Shown piece after piece: positions 19,169 to 29,222 of a DNA stretch of 64,000 nt. The notes beneath the pieces are model-generated. The model was not told the origin of the DNA, made no database searches, and was given only the letters and a program-made list of their open reading frames with translations. The DNA is taken from the IMG/VR virus record IMGVR_UViG_3300032313_001035, one strand, 5' to 3'. Source of the DNA: a virus. Both the position numbers and the translations under genes were made by a program. Numbering within the stretch: the stretch's first letter is position 1; each line of letters opens with the position of its first letter.

Positions 19169-20106
19169 TGTCAACAAAAACAAAAGCAAAATTCGGCGGT
19201 GCAGCAATGTTCGAATCGATCAAAGCAGCATTGAATAAATCAAAAGATGGCGCTAGCGCACAATTCGGTAATATTCTGAAATGCCCAGATGGTCATACTT
19301 ATACCCTGAGACTTGTTCCTAATGTGGAAAATCCTGAAAAGACATTTTTCCATCACTGGGTTCATGGTTGGAACAGCAAATCGTCTGGTTCTTACATGAG
19401 TCACATTGGTCTCCAAACTTTCGATGAAAGAGATCCTATCTCCGAACTTCGTTGGAAACTCTGGAAATCTTGGAGAGATGTTAATCCAAAAGCTGACTCC
19501 AAAGATTATGTTGCAGATATTACGCAGAAAGAAAACTGGTTCGTGAATGTTTACGTTATCGATGATCCATCGAATCCAAACAATAACGGAACTGTAAAAA
19601 TTCTTCGTATGGGACCACAACTTAAAAAAATCGTGGATGAGGCTACGGAAGGTGATAGATCTGATGAACTTGGATTGGACATTTTCGATCTTTCCAAAGG
19701 TCATGATTTGAAAATCAAGGCTGAGAAGAAAGGTGTTTATACCACATTCGAATCGTCATTCTTCACTACGAAATCCAAGACTGTATTGGATGATGAAGAG
19801 ATTGACAAGATCCACTCCAACATTCATGATTTGGAATCTGTTTATCCTGTGAAAACTTATGATGAACTTCAAGAGATTCTGAACGAACATTTTTTCATCG
19901 GTGCTGAAAAAGAAACACCAAAACCTCTTTCTAAAATCACTTCGAAAGCACCTGTTGCTAGCGACGATGAAGATGAGGATGATGATATTCCAATGTTTCA
20001 TGAAACGAAGAAAACAAAAACTCAACCTGTAACCAAAGTTCAAAAAGTTCAAGAAGATGACGACGATGTTAATATCGACGACCTCCTTGATGAATTGGAC
20101 AACTAA
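19168..20106 (+). CDS. 32: Single-stranded DNA-binding protein (T4 gp32-like)
   Basis: LRLVP, HGW, DPISE, NVYVIDDPSNP.NNG.VKI, DIFD...G.D..IK, acidic tail DDLLDELDN. Confidence 0.9.
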   Translation: MSTKTKAKFGGAAMFESIKAALNKSKDGASAQFGNILKCPDGHTYTLRLVPNVENPEKTFFHHWVHGWNSKSSGSYMSHIGLQTFDERDPISELRWKLWKSWRDVNPKADSKDYVADITQKENWFVNVYVIDDPSNPNNNGTVKILRMGPQLKKIVDEATEGDRSDELGLDIFDLSKGHDLKIKAEKKGVYTTFESSFFTTKSKTVLDDEEIDKIHSNIHDLESVYPVKTYDELQEILNEHFFIGAEKETPKPLSKITSKAPVASDDEDEDDDIPMFHETKKTKTQPVTKVQKVQEDDDDVNIDDLLDELDN

Positions 20107-20118
20107 TACATAACCAAG

Positions 20119-20140
20119 CCCCCCTCTAAAAAGAGGGGGG
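20119..20140 (+). terminator. GC-rich hairpin after gp32 (terminator or stabiliser)
   Basis: CCCCCCTCT-AAAA-AGAGGGGGG; no clear U-tract. Confidence 0.55.
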
Positions 20141-20152
20141 TATAACATATAT

Positions 20153-20614
20153 ATGAGCAATATCCCAGAAGAAATAGAAGCAATGGCATTTTTTATCGGT
20201 CAATCTAATCAGATTGATAATATGATGATAGAAAAACCATCAACCTTGGTAACATCTGCTGATACCCTTAAACAAGGTATGCATGAATATCTATCGCGAC
20301 AACGTAGAATGCAGACACCACCCCCTCAACCGCCGCCATCACCCATAGCACCCCCACCTTCAAATTTGAATACTCCCACCAATCATGTAGTGCATACCGC
20401 AGCACCTGCTCCTACGCCTATTCAAGAATCTAATGATGACCAATTGGAATTTAATTTCGATCCGAAACTGGGGGAACAGGTGATCGACTTACTGAAAGAA
20501 ATATCACTAAAACTTACAAAACAACTAAACATTTTAGAAAAAAAATATGAAAATAAATCTTCAAAAGACACCGTTACAGTCCTTCCTGTCGAGTTTGTCG
20601 ATGATTCAAGATAA
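20153..20614 (+). CDS. Hypothetical protein with proline-rich linker
   Basis: PPPQPPPSPIAPPP and DQLEFNF motifs. Confidence 0.6.
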   Translation: MSNIPEEIEAMAFFIGQSNQIDNMMIEKPSTLVTSADTLKQGMHEYLSRQRRMQTPPPQPPPSPIAPPPSNLNTPTNHVVHTAAPAPTPIQESNDDQLEFNFDPKLGEQVIDLLKEISLKLTKQLNILEKKYENKSSKDTVTVLPVEFVDDSR

Positions 20615-21254
20615 ATGCGTCTTGATGTTGAAAGATGACGGCATACATGGTATTACATCTAGTAAAGATAATACCATGTATGCATATGCTAGTCTCGAAG
20701 GTGAGTATGAAGAGGGTCGATTGAATCTACCATCACTTGAAAAGTTATCCAAAGCTTTGTCGATGGTTAGAGAAGAAGATATTGCCATGACGTTAAAGGG
20801 GAATCATTTGGAATATAAAAACAATGAACTCAAATTTAAATACCACCTACATGAAGATGGTGTTATATCGATGCCTAATTTGTCTTTGAATAAAATCAGA
20901 AGTTTTTCCTTCGATATTGAATTCAAACTAGATATGGATTTCATGTCTAGTCTTTTGCAAAAATCCTCTATCACGAATACTAAAAAATTATATATCTATA
21001 CTGAAGACGATAATTTAGTATGGAAGTTAGGAGATGACACGGTTCCGAACAGTGATTCGATCTGTGTTGTTGGCGAAGAGGTAAGTTTTGATCTCAAGCC
21101 TTTTATTATGAAAGTAGACGACTTGAAATTAATAACTAAAGTATCAAAATATAACAATATTTTTAAAATTAATTCCAAGATGGGCATTGGTGCTATCATT
21201 AGTAAAAATGACTATTTCGGTATTCAATACATTTTTTCATCTATTAGAAATTAA
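20547..21254 (+). CDS. 45: Sliding clamp (T4 gp45/PCNA-like)
   Basis: 235 aa with two-domain alternating beta/alpha clamp pattern, in replication cluster. Confidence 0.65.
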   Translation: MKINLQKTPLQSFLSSLSMIQDKCVLMLKDDGIHGITSSKDNTMYAYASLEGEYEEGRLNLPSLEKLSKALSMVREEDIAMTLKGNHLEYKNNELKFKYHLHEDGVISMPNLSLNKIRSFSFDIEFKLDMDFMSSLLQKSSITNTKKLYIYTEDDNLVWKLGDDTVPNSDSICVVGEEVSFDLKPFIMKVDDLKLITKVSKYNNIFKINSKMGIGAIISKNDYFGIQYIFSSIRN

Positions 21255-21256
21255 TC

Positions 21257-21514
21257 ATGGCTGCTATAAACGAAATTACAGGAAAGGCTATTAAAACTAG
21301 TCCACAGAATTCAAAATATGCCGAAAATTGGGATAAAATTTTTGCCAAAAAATCTTCCAACGAATGGCTAAAGGAATGCCAAGATGTTGTGCTACTAGAT
21401 CCTGATGGATGGCGACAGAATGATGGTGTTGATATGGATACACCTATTAAATGGTCAGATTTCCAATATAGATTATCACTTTCGACTGTAAAGTGTAACA
21501 TTGAGAAAATTTAG
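21257..21514 (+). CDS. Hypothetical protein
   Basis: N.ITG..IKT.....Y.ENWDKIF motif plus LDPDGW. Confidence 0.6.
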   Translation: MAAINEITGKAIKTSPQNSKYAENWDKIFAKKSSNEWLKECQDVVLLDPDGWRQNDGVDMDTPIKWSDFQYRLSLSTVKCNIEKI

Positions 21515-21549
21515 TTGAATATTAAAAATATTGTAATAAGTAATTATGT

Positions 21550-21879
21550 ATGAAAAATAATATCGCCACTCAAGGTTATTTCGTTAAAAGATTGAGAGAT
21601 TCTGGATTTGTAGTTGTCAAATTATTTGATAAATATGCACAACATGATCCAAGAAAATGGACAGTTATGGTCGATCCTAGTAACACATCTGTCCTTATAA
21701 CTTGCTATCAAAATAAAGAATTTAAAGGCGATGTTTTGTTTGAGATTAATGATGGTGGTAATAGATTTTTTAAAAATTACAACCTCAAAACTCAAAGTAT
21801 GGAAATTGTTATTATCACTTTACTCGAAAAAGGTGTTTGCCAACTTGAACAAAATTCTGAGTATGTGAAAGATAAGTAA
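21550..21879 (+). CDS. Hypothetical protein
   Basis: TAAGTA 7 nt upstream; 109 aa. Confidence 0.65.
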   Translation: MKNNIATQGYFVKRLRDSGFVVVKLFDKYAQHDPRKWTVMVDPSNTSVLITCYQNKEFKGDVLFEINDGGNRFFKNYNLKTQSMEIVIITLLEKGVCQLEQNSEYVKDK

Positions 21880-21883
21880 TAAT

Positions 21884-22195
21884 ATGGAGAAGCCCGAAGA
21901 TGACAAGGAAGGGATTTTTGTGGATGATAAAGTGATAGAAATTCTTAGAGAATCACTAAAACACAAATTAAAAAAAGAACGAAAATATAACAAAAAAAGT
22001 TTTAATAGTGTTGTAAAAGCTACATTACAAGAATTTTTATCTTGTGCTAAGTTGTTGGGATATGATCTAGATGGAAATGTGGTGGAAATTACATTTTTCG
22101 GGAATAAAATGGAAGATGCCGCTTTACAAAATCTTTTCGTCCAAAAATTTGGAGAATACTTGCAATCAAAAGCGACTGTTATAGATGATATTTGA
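21884..22195 (+). CDS. Hypothetical protein
   Basis: TAAGTA 5 nt upstream; 103 aa. Confidence 0.6.
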   Translation: MEKPEDDKEGIFVDDKVIEILRESLKHKLKKERKYNKKSFNSVVKATLQEFLSCAKLLGYDLDGNVVEITFFGNKMEDAALQNLFVQKFGEYLQSKATVIDDI

Positions 22196-22469
22196 TTTTT
22201 TAGATAAAATGAAAAAGGGCAGCGTTTATGCTGTCCAAGTTGGCGATTACATTGGGCAATTCTTTAATTATGTGAAGAAGGATGACTCTAATTATTTTTT
22301 CTTATCTACTCCAAATGTGGAAATAGTAAAAGTCCCAAAAGAAAAATTTGACTTTGCATTGAATAATGGTATTATTGAATACGTTGAAACTCTCCCAAGA
22401 AATATCTTCAAAGTTATTAAAGCGCAATACCAGCAATTATCAGAAACAAATGGTAAAAATACCTTCTGA
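22185..22469 (+). CDS. Hypothetical protein
   Basis: 94-aa ORF overlapping both neighbours. Confidence 0.55.
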   Translation: MIFDFLDKMKKGSVYAVQVGDYIGQFFNYVKKDDSNYFFLSTPNVEIVKVPKEKFDFALNNGIIEYVETLPRNIFKVIKAQYQQLSETNGKNTF

Positions 22470-23478
22470 TTATGTGGTATCGAAGTTTTATGAGTATGGT
22501 TACAAAGTAACCCATAATACTTACAACGAAACTTACCAATGTTGTTGCCCTCTTTGTAAAGAGGGTAAAAGTTGGGGACTCAAGAAAAGATGTTTCTATA
22601 TACCCAAAAATGAGTTAATTTATTGTCATAATTGTGGTTGGTCGTCCAAACCATATAAATGGATAAAAGAAGTTTCTGGATTATCCTATGATGAGATTGT
22701 ATCGGAAATAACTAATGGTGATTTCGGTGTTATTAATGTATTGGAATTACAGGAAAGCAACAGTGTAACACCATCTAAGGTATTACCCACTCTACCTACT
22801 GACAGTATTAATCTTTTTGATAAAGCACAAACCGATTATTATAAAAATAATAAAATTGTTCAGGATGCTTTAGATTATATCAAGAGTAGACGATTGAATA
22901 ATGCCATCAACAAACCAGATGCTTTTTATTTATCGTTGAAAGACGAAGTTCATCGTAAACGTCTGATCATACCTTTTAAAAACACTGATAATAAAATCGT
23001 GTTTTATCAATCCAGACGATTGATGGATGATGAGTCGCCGACTTACTTATCAAAAGATGGGGGCGACAAGACATTATTTGGCATCGAACGAATAAATCCT
23101 GATTTGGATACTATATTCATCACTGAAGGACCGTTAGATGCGTGTTTTGTTAAAAATGGTGTAGGGTTGGGTGGTATTAGTAAGAAAAATCATTTATTTA
23201 CTCAAGAACAACAATCTCAAATGGATGGTTTGAAATTCTTTAATCGCATTTGGGTATTGGATAGTCAATGGATTGATGAGACCGCCAGAGAAAAGTCCTT
23301 ACAGCTAATACAAATGGGCGAGACTGTTTTCATATGGCCCGAATACGATGGTCGTAAATTTAAAGATTTGAATGAGATGTGTGTTGCTTATGAAACTAAC
23401 GAATACCCGACAGATCTCATAATAAAAAATAGCCACAAGGGACTTGCGGCTATTGTGAAAATGAAGTTGATTAAATAA
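22450..23478 (+). CDS. 61: DNA primase (T4 gp61-like)
   Basis: Zn finger CPLC...CHNC, RLIIPF, YQSR, TOPRIM ITEGPLD, KDLNE; likely start 22450. Confidence 0.92.
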   Translation: MVKIPSDYVVSKFYEYGYKVTHNTYNETYQCCCPLCKEGKSWGLKKRCFYIPKNELIYCHNCGWSSKPYKWIKEVSGLSYDEIVSEITNGDFGVINVLELQESNSVTPSKVLPTLPTDSINLFDKAQTDYYKNNKIVQDALDYIKSRRLNNAINKPDAFYLSLKDEVHRKRLIIPFKNTDNKIVFYQSRRLMDDESPTYLSKDGGDKTLFGIERINPDLDTIFITEGPLDACFVKNGVGLGGISKKNHLFTQEQQSQMDGLKFFNRIWVLDSQWIDETAREKSLQLIQMGETVFIWPEYDGRKFKDLNEMCVAYETNEYPTDLIIKNSHKGLAAIVKMKLIK

Positions 23479-23484
23479 TCAAAC

Positions 23485-23907
23485 TTATTTGGTATTTTTG
23501 CTTGGGCTGAACAATTCCCGTAATGCCGCTAAATCAGCAGCAATTTTTGCGATTCGTTCTTGGTGTTTTTGAAGTTTGCCGAGAACTGATTGTGGGTTTG
23601 CATTTTTCAAAGTCATTTGAATACTGGTAGACTGCTCCCCATTAATATATTTGGTGAATTCGTCGATATTAGTAGACCATTTATCCAAAAGACTACCCAT
23701 TTCTTGGTTTTGACGAGCCAACGGATCATCTGCGTTATTAATAGCATTCGGATCGGGTTCCATATCTACATCATAATCATCGATCCCTACATCATCGATA
23801 CCATCCATAGAAGATTCAGCGGCATCTCTCTCCATAGTAGGATCGAAATCTAATTCAGGTGCTTCTTTGAGTAATTTAAGAAATTTTGATTTGAATTTGT
23901 TCGTCAT
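23485..23907 (-). CDS. Hypothetical late protein
   Basis: TAAATA 5 nt upstream; MTNKFKSKFLKLLKEA. Confidence 0.6.
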   Translation of the reverse strand: MTNKFKSKFLKLLKEAPELDFDPTMERDAAESSMDGIDDVGIDDYDVDMEPDPNAINNADDPLARQNQEMGSLLDKWSTNIDEFTKYINGEQSTSIQMTLKNANPQSVLGKLQKHQERIAKIAADLAALRELFSPSKNTK

Positions 23908-23941
23908 GTTATTATTTAGTAAAAAATTATTAAATATCTAT

Positions 23942-24307
23942 ATGGCAGCTTCAAATTCTCCTTATTCAACCGCTTTGGCATCAGGCGCTATCGATTTAGA
24001 TTTCAAAAGTAGTTTGAATCCTTCGCAGCAAATGCTTAAATATAAAACAGAAGAGTTGGACGCTATTGCTCCTAATGTTTTACCTTACGAATTCAGAGAA
24101 CTTCCTCAGAATTTAGCAGCAATTATCGATAATGCTTTTGATGCGTCCTCAACATTGGAAAATGTTTTGAAAATTAAAAAATACCAAGAAAGTAGTGAAT
24201 TATTGAAACTCAAAGAGAATCTTGAGCAAATCGTAATGTATTTTACGAGAAAAAGTGATAAAATTTTGTCAAAATACACTATTGGCTTGCAAGGCGATAA
24301 AAACTAA
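23942..24307 (+). CDS. Hypothetical late protein
   Basis: TAAATA 23931-23936, ATG 23942. Confidence 0.6.
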   Translation: MAASNSPYSTALASGAIDLDFKSSLNPSQQMLKYKTEELDAIAPNVLPYEFRELPQNLAAIIDNAFDASSTLENVLKIKKYQESSELLKLKENLEQIVMYFTRKSDKILSKYTIGLQGDKN

Positions 24308-24313
24308 TGTATC

Positions 24314-24841
24314 ATGCTCGACATGATGAGTAAAACGCATATAAAACACACGATGCTGGGATTAGCAGTATCGGTAGGAATAGGGTACAGTATATCGTCT
24401 GGGGGTGAAGATTTTATTAAAAAATCTATTATATCTGCTATAGGATATTCTTTTGGATATTTTTATTTTCTGAATAAAAAGAACAAAGACGCTAAAATTC
24501 AATCTTTGGAAGAACTTTTAGAAGAGAAAAAAGTTGATCAAAGGGTTGAAGTTTTAGAAAACATGCTACAAGAATCTGATGATGTCATATCCAATCAAGA
24601 AGAAGTTCTGAGACATTATGAGAATTTGTTAGACGATGCTGCTGTGAGATTCTCCTGTAATTGTGGGAAAAATACATTCGAAGGAATATTCAAACCAGCA
24701 GGATCATATATTGTAGAATGTGAATTTTGTAAAAACAAATACAATATTGATTTAAAGTTAGAAACTGCCTTGATCACCGAACCAATAGAAGATCTTAACA
24801 TTGATAAACTTATTAGAGAAAACACAAATGATAACAATTAA
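24314..24841 (+). CDS. Membrane-anchored coiled-coil protein with C-terminal zinc ribbon
   Basis: Two N-terminal hydrophobic segments, coiled coil, CNC...CEFC; TTGCAA-N17-TATCAT promoter suggests start 24323. Confidence 0.6.
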   Translation: MLDMMSKTHIKHTMLGLAVSVGIGYSISSGGEDFIKKSIISAIGYSFGYFYFLNKKNKDAKIQSLEELLEEKKVDQRVEVLENMLQESDDVISNQEEVLRHYENLLDDAAVRFSCNCGKNTFEGIFKPAGSYIVECEFCKNKYNIDLKLETALITEPIEDLNIDKLIRENTNDNN

Positions 24842-25058
24842 TACAAAAAAAGGTGCGGTGGAAATGTCCTTGAGTGAATTTTCGAGATGGGCATGTTTAG
24901 TAGAGGCTTTAATTTTTATTAGCGAAAAAGCAAAAGAGCTTAATATATCAGCGAAACATCTCGTAAAACCCAACGCTTTGGAGCAGTATATAAACGAGAG
25001 ATACCATTCAGTATTTGCAGATGTGAAATATGAATATAATACTGGTATGTTAAAATAA
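24828..25058 (+). CDS. Hypothetical protein
   Basis: MITINTKKG... ORF overlapping the upstream gene end. Confidence 0.55.
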   Translation: MITINTKKGAVEMSLSEFSRWACLVEALIFISEKAKELNISAKHLVKPNALEQYINERYHSVFADVKYEYNTGMLK

Positions 25059-25688
25059 TTAAAACCCTAGAGTATTACAATTTTCATCAGGGCAACCTAC
25101 AAAGTTTGGTATCACCACACTAATAACAGGTGTTATGGTGACAGCTGACGGCGATGTTGTTGTGGTGATAACAGGTGCTGCCGCTAATCTGAATTCGAAA
25201 TTGAACGGTGACACTCGTGGTGGTCTTGAAAAGTTTACCACGAGTGGTTTAATATTGGTTACTGTTCTATTTATTGTAGAATCATCTCTAAAAGATGGTA
25301 TTATATTCGATGAACTGACTGATATAAATAAACTAACAGTGAAGCAATCGGAATTATCATTGCATAATATTACAGTTCCGTTATCAAAAGAATCTATTGT
25401 TAGAAAATCACTAACATAAACATTACCATCTTCTTCGCTGGCGAATCTTATATATATTTTATAAGATTCATTGTTGTAATCTTGAACAGTAAAAGTTTGT
25501 GTTATTGACCCGAGATTATCATAAATATAAGAATCGTATTGATCATATATTAACTCGTTTTCATCATCCGCTCTGCTTACTAATATTAAAGGGGGGAATT
25601 TGTTCACTAAAGTGGCGACATTTTCATTATCACCAGTGTAACTATCCAATGATAAAGAGACAGAATTGTCAGTAAAATATGCAGCCAT
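25059..25688 (-). CDS. Hypothetical virion-associated protein
   Basis: Last gene of the minus-strand tail/baseplate block; S/T-rich. Confidence 0.5.
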   Translation of the reverse strand: MAAYFTDNSVSLSLDSYTGDNENVATLVNKFPPLILVSRADDENELIYDQYDSYIYDNLGSITQTFTVQDYNNESYKIYIRFASEEDGNVYVSDFLTIDSFDNGTVILCNDNSDCFTVSLFISVSSSNIIPSFRDDSTINRTVTNIKPLVVNFSRPPRVSPFNFEFRLAAAPVITTTTSPSAVTITPVISVVIPNFVGCPDENCNTLGF

Positions 25689-25697
25689 GTGAAAATA

Positions 25698-26114
25698 TTA
25701 CAATAATATTTTAGGGATAGTAGCTTTAATACGGTTCAAATTATTTGGCAGAGATGTTGATGTTACATCTCTCAAAGCATTTTTTTGTGCTACAATATTC
25801 AATTGCATTTCGGTATTACCGTCTTCGAGTGCTCTCATATAAGCCAAATCGAGTGCTTCTAGTTTAGGTTTACGTAATTCTCTCCAATGATTTCGTTGGA
25901 TATCTTTAGCTTTTTCTATATTGACCGATATGCTACCATTTGATAATTCCCATGCGCCTCTGAAATAGTAATCAGTGGGTAAATCTTCTCTGTTTAAAAT
26001 TGCGTAATCTGTATCGAATGGTATCAAATTTAGCAACGATGTAATATCGTTTACATCTTTACTAGGCACTATAAAGGAAACTGTATCTGCGGTTTTATAT
26101 GCTATAATACTCAT
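25698..26114 (-). CDS. Tail fibre assembly chaperone-like protein
   Basis: DLP.D.YFRGAW, EKAKDI....R..R...L..LD, K.ALRDVT; directly downstream of fibre gene. Confidence 0.65.
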   Translation of the reverse strand: MSIIAYKTADTVSFIVPSKDVNDITSLLNLIPFDTDYAILNREDLPTDYYFRGAWELSNGSISVNIEKAKDIQRNHWRELRKPKLEALDLAYMRALEDGNTEMQLNIVAQKNALRDVTSTSLPNNLNRIKATIPKILL

Positions 26115-26120
26115 AATTTA

Positions 26121-27410
26121 TTAAAATATCACTATACTTACAAATTTGGAGCGTCTGGGATTTACCCCAGCGTCAAAAACTCCTATATCGAATCCATCGA
26201 CAGTGCGTCCTGTCCATGTTCCTCCGCCATCATTATTAGCAGGAATTCCCCCCACCATTATATCACCAGTACCGCCTGTTATATAAGTATCTTCTGCACT
26301 AGCTGCCCAAACATAATTCACAGAGGGCATCGGTTTTGTAAAATTTACGCGATAATACCCAGTACCAGAATTATGAATGTCGGATATTGATGAAATATTA
26401 TAACTATCGAGTATTGTCGGCGGTGTGAAATCCCATGAATTGAACGTTACCCAAGCTTTAGCTACTGAAGGCGAACCACTCAATGATGTTGTTATATTTA
26501 AATTATTGGAATTACTGAATCTACCACTACCAGAAACATCACCAACTAAAGTAATAATCTGACCGCTTAAATTTCCTTGAAGCGTAGTTGCGCGAACTAT
26601 TCCACTTGCAACAACATTTCCATCGTTATTAATCCGTAGTCTTTCAGTTCGTCTATCAGTTCTAGTCCCCGAACCTTGCGTTTGGAATACCATTTCAGAT
26701 GCACCGTCTGTTCTTACGATAGTTTGTATATTTGATACAGCGTTACCTGATTCATTATTGACCGTGAAAAATACTGAAGCTTCAGCAGTAAGTGCTGCGA
26801 AATTGTTTTGAACCGAAATGCCTCTAGATTGGTTGCCACCACCTACAAAACGTGCTAAATTACTACTTAATGCTACAACATCTAATGCCGCAGAAAGGGT
26901 GTTTGTTCCTATTCCCACAAGCCCTTGATTGGTTATAACAAAACGGGTAGCAGTGCTATTTGGATCTTCAACCTCTAATGCGTTACCAGCACCTAATTGT
27001 TTTATCAATAATCCAGCACGTGATGCGTTTAGAGTGATAGTGTCACCACTTTTTGATACATATGCACCGCTCACATTACTAACTGTCGTGGAATTGTTTG
27101 CAATTTCTTCCCAATCGCTAATTCTGGAGCCATCGTTTTCTTTGAGACGATATAAAAGTTTGTCTGATGTGCTATAAGCTAAATCACCCACTTCTGCTGG
27201 TGCAAACAATGTAATACTCGCACCACTACCTTTGAATACATTACCTGCTACCACACCACCTCTAGTAGCACCATCACCTATGAACAAACGTCTGGTATCG
27301 GTGGTATATCCAGGTTCGCCGGGATTTAAAATTACATTTTTCCGTTCGTTATCAGTTCCTTGTCGAACTAATAACTTTATCAAACTATTATCAAATATTT
27401 CTATACTCAT
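26121..27410 (-). CDS. Tail fibre protein
   Basis: N-terminal Mtd-like VRQGT...GEPGYTTDT.RLFIGDG, G.VGIGT fibre motif, C-terminal AKAWVTFN...SYNISSISD..GTG.Y.VNF domain. Confidence 0.75.
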   Translation of the reverse strand: MSIEIFDNSLIKLLVRQGTDNERKNVILNPGEPGYTTDTRRLFIGDGATRGGVVAGNVFKGSGASITLFAPAEVGDLAYSTSDKLLYRLKENDGSRISDWEEIANNSTTVSNVSGAYVSKSGDTITLNASRAGLLIKQLGAGNALEVEDPNSTATRFVITNQGLVGIGTNTLSAALDVVALSSNLARFVGGGNQSRGISVQNNFAALTAEASVFFTVNNESGNAVSNIQTIVRTDGASEMVFQTQGSGTRTDRRTERLRINNDGNVVASGIVRATTLQGNLSGQIITLVGDVSGSGRFSNSNNLNITTSLSGSPSVAKAWVTFNSWDFTPPTILDSYNISSISDIHNSGTGYYRVNFTKPMPSVNYVWAASAEDTYITGGTGDIMVGGIPANNDGGGTWTGRTVDGFDIGVFDAGVNPRRSKFVSIVIF

Positions 27411-27411
27411 A

Positions 27412-28503
27412 TTAATATGTAAAAATTGGTATCGCGAATCTTCCGACTAATTGATTATCTCTACTAACTGTATCACCTTCAAATGTTAAAAATCCTGCTG
27501 ATGTCAACATTACAACTACGGTGCTACCATCGTTCAAATTAGTATCCAACGCAATTGCGCTAAGTTTGGTGACTGTTAAATTTGGAATTGGTCCAGTAAT
27601 TGTGTGCGCAGGTGTGCCACTGAATAAACTACTTAATCCAGCACCTAACCCTGATGTACCTATTCCAGTCAATGTGCTAAAAATAGATTTTTCCATCGAA
27701 TTTCTATCAATAATTGGTTTCCAATTGTTGGCATTTGTTGATGGACTAGCACTTAATTGATAAAATACTCCATTTACACTAGCTAGATCTCCTATTCTTG
27801 GGTCATTATTTAAACCACTACTCAAAAGTGTTAAATCAGTCGTGGTTGCCTGTGGTAAATAAACTTTGGTTATACCGTTATAATTGATGTTTAATTCTCT
27901 ATTAATGTAACGGAATTGACTAGGATTGGCAATAATTTCAATTGGGATATTATTCCCACCGCTAATACCATTTCCAAAAGATGTTGATTTGATTTCTTTT
28001 TGTGTTATAGAATTTGCACTTAATGTGAAAACATTACTAGACACTTCAAAAAATTTTGTATCATAATTGATTCGCAGTAGATTGTCTCGAACAGTTAATC
28101 CATCGGTTATTGTATTTGGATTAATTTTAGAAGCTGATAAACCACTTAGTTTAACATTTAAAGTGGATGTGTTATCATATTCTAATTCATCGGAAATTTT
28201 TGTAGCTAATCTACCCCAATTCGTAATATTAGTGTAAGGAGTTGCTGTTAATTGATACCAAGTATTGTTTATCGGCACAATGTCGCCAATTTCTGCATAT
28301 AATGACGATAAATTATTAACAATGTTGACGGGCGTATTTATTTTACTAACTACTGATACCCCACCTAATGTTACACCATTCCCAACATACAAACGATTGG
28401 TATCAATAGTATAAGATAATTCACCTTGATCCAATCGAGTTAAAATTCGTTGAGCGTTAGTCCCTCTGCGAATTTTTATTTTAGATATAAAAAATTGTGA
28501 CAT
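27412..28503 (-). CDS. Tail fibre/baseplate-attached protein
   Basis: N-terminal IKIRRGT...GELSYTIDT.RLYVG.G; internal duplicated IGD...N..YQL.A.P.TN..NW module. Confidence 0.7.
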   Translation of the reverse strand: MSQFFISKIKIRRGTNAQRILTRLDQGELSYTIDTNRLYVGNGVTLGGVSVVSKINTPVNIVNNLSSLYAEIGDIVPINNTWYQLTATPYTNITNWGRLATKISDELEYDNTSTLNVKLSGLSASKINPNTITDGLTVRDNLLRINYDTKFFEVSSNVFTLSANSITQKEIKSTSFGNGISGGNNIPIEIIANPSQFRYINRELNINYNGITKVYLPQATTTDLTLLSSGLNNDPRIGDLASVNGVFYQLSASPSTNANNWKPIIDRNSMEKSIFSTLTGIGTSGLGAGLSSLFSGTPAHTITGPIPNLTVTKLSAIALDTNLNDGSTVVVMLTSAGFLTFEGDTVSRDNQLVGRFAIPIFTY

Positions 28504-28512
28504 ATTGATTAT

Positions 28513-29214
28513 TTAAGAAACTCTTTTCCAAACGTATACACCAAAACTTGGTGGTGTATTGTTGTGTGCTTCACCTCCTCCAGTTTTTGAAGTAAACCCT
28601 TGACGATTGTTACTCGCCCCGAAATAGGTACCTTCTCCGAGTATAAGAGCACCCGATGATGCATCGGGAATAGATGATGCGGTATTTTCATCCATATCTT
28701 GTCTGCTAGAGCCATATATATGTGCATGTTTTGCACCACTACTAGGCGAATGACCACGAATACCGTTTAAATGATTATGTTCGGGCATCTGACCCACTGT
28801 CAGTGCTACAGTATATTCTCCACTATTATCACCTTCTGTGAATGATCTAGTAGTTGTGTTGCTATCAGTGCCAGTACCAACACCGACCAAAAATTTACCT
28901 TGGGACACCAACACCCATGATGTATTACTAAATCTGGTTTGTGGGTTTACAGATGTGGCGGTTAGATACAATGAATCGACAGGATATAAAAAATCTATAA
29001 TATTAGCGAATCCTGTCACCGCTATCGAATCTGCTTCTAACTTCCCACTGACTTTGATACCTTTGGTATCAGCGCCAATGCTCAATGCTGATTTATTACC
29101 TAGTCCGTCATATATAACCACGGGATCATTTCCCACGATTGGCGTGTTTGAGGTATGGAGAAACCCTGAATAGGCATCTGCGATAAATTCATCCGTAAGA
29201 TTTGGTAAAGGCAT
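28513..29214 (-). CDS. Baseplate/short-fibre protein (gp10/collar-like C-terminus)
   Basis: YPVDSLY, NP......W.....GKFLVG, LT..QMPEH.H, GGGEAHNN.PP...VY.WKR. Confidence 0.75.
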   Translation of the reverse strand: MPLPNLTDEFIADAYSGFLHTSNTPIVGNDPVVIYDGLGNKSALSIGADTKGIKVSGKLEADSIAVTGFANIIDFLYPVDSLYLTATSVNPQTRFSNTSWVLVSQGKFLVGVGTGTDSNTTTRSFTEGDNSGEYTVALTVGQMPEHNHLNGIRGHSPSSGAKHAHIYGSSRQDMDENTASSIPDASSGALILGEGTYFGASNNRQGFTSKTGGGEAHNNTPPSFGVYVWKRVS

Positions 29215-29222
29215 ATTATTAT

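Noticed and set aside
19168-20106. Absence of Zn-binding cysteines in gp32 as a novelty
   Set aside because: Zn-free gp32 variants with a DP.SE motif are, to my knowledge, common in aquatic T4-like phages
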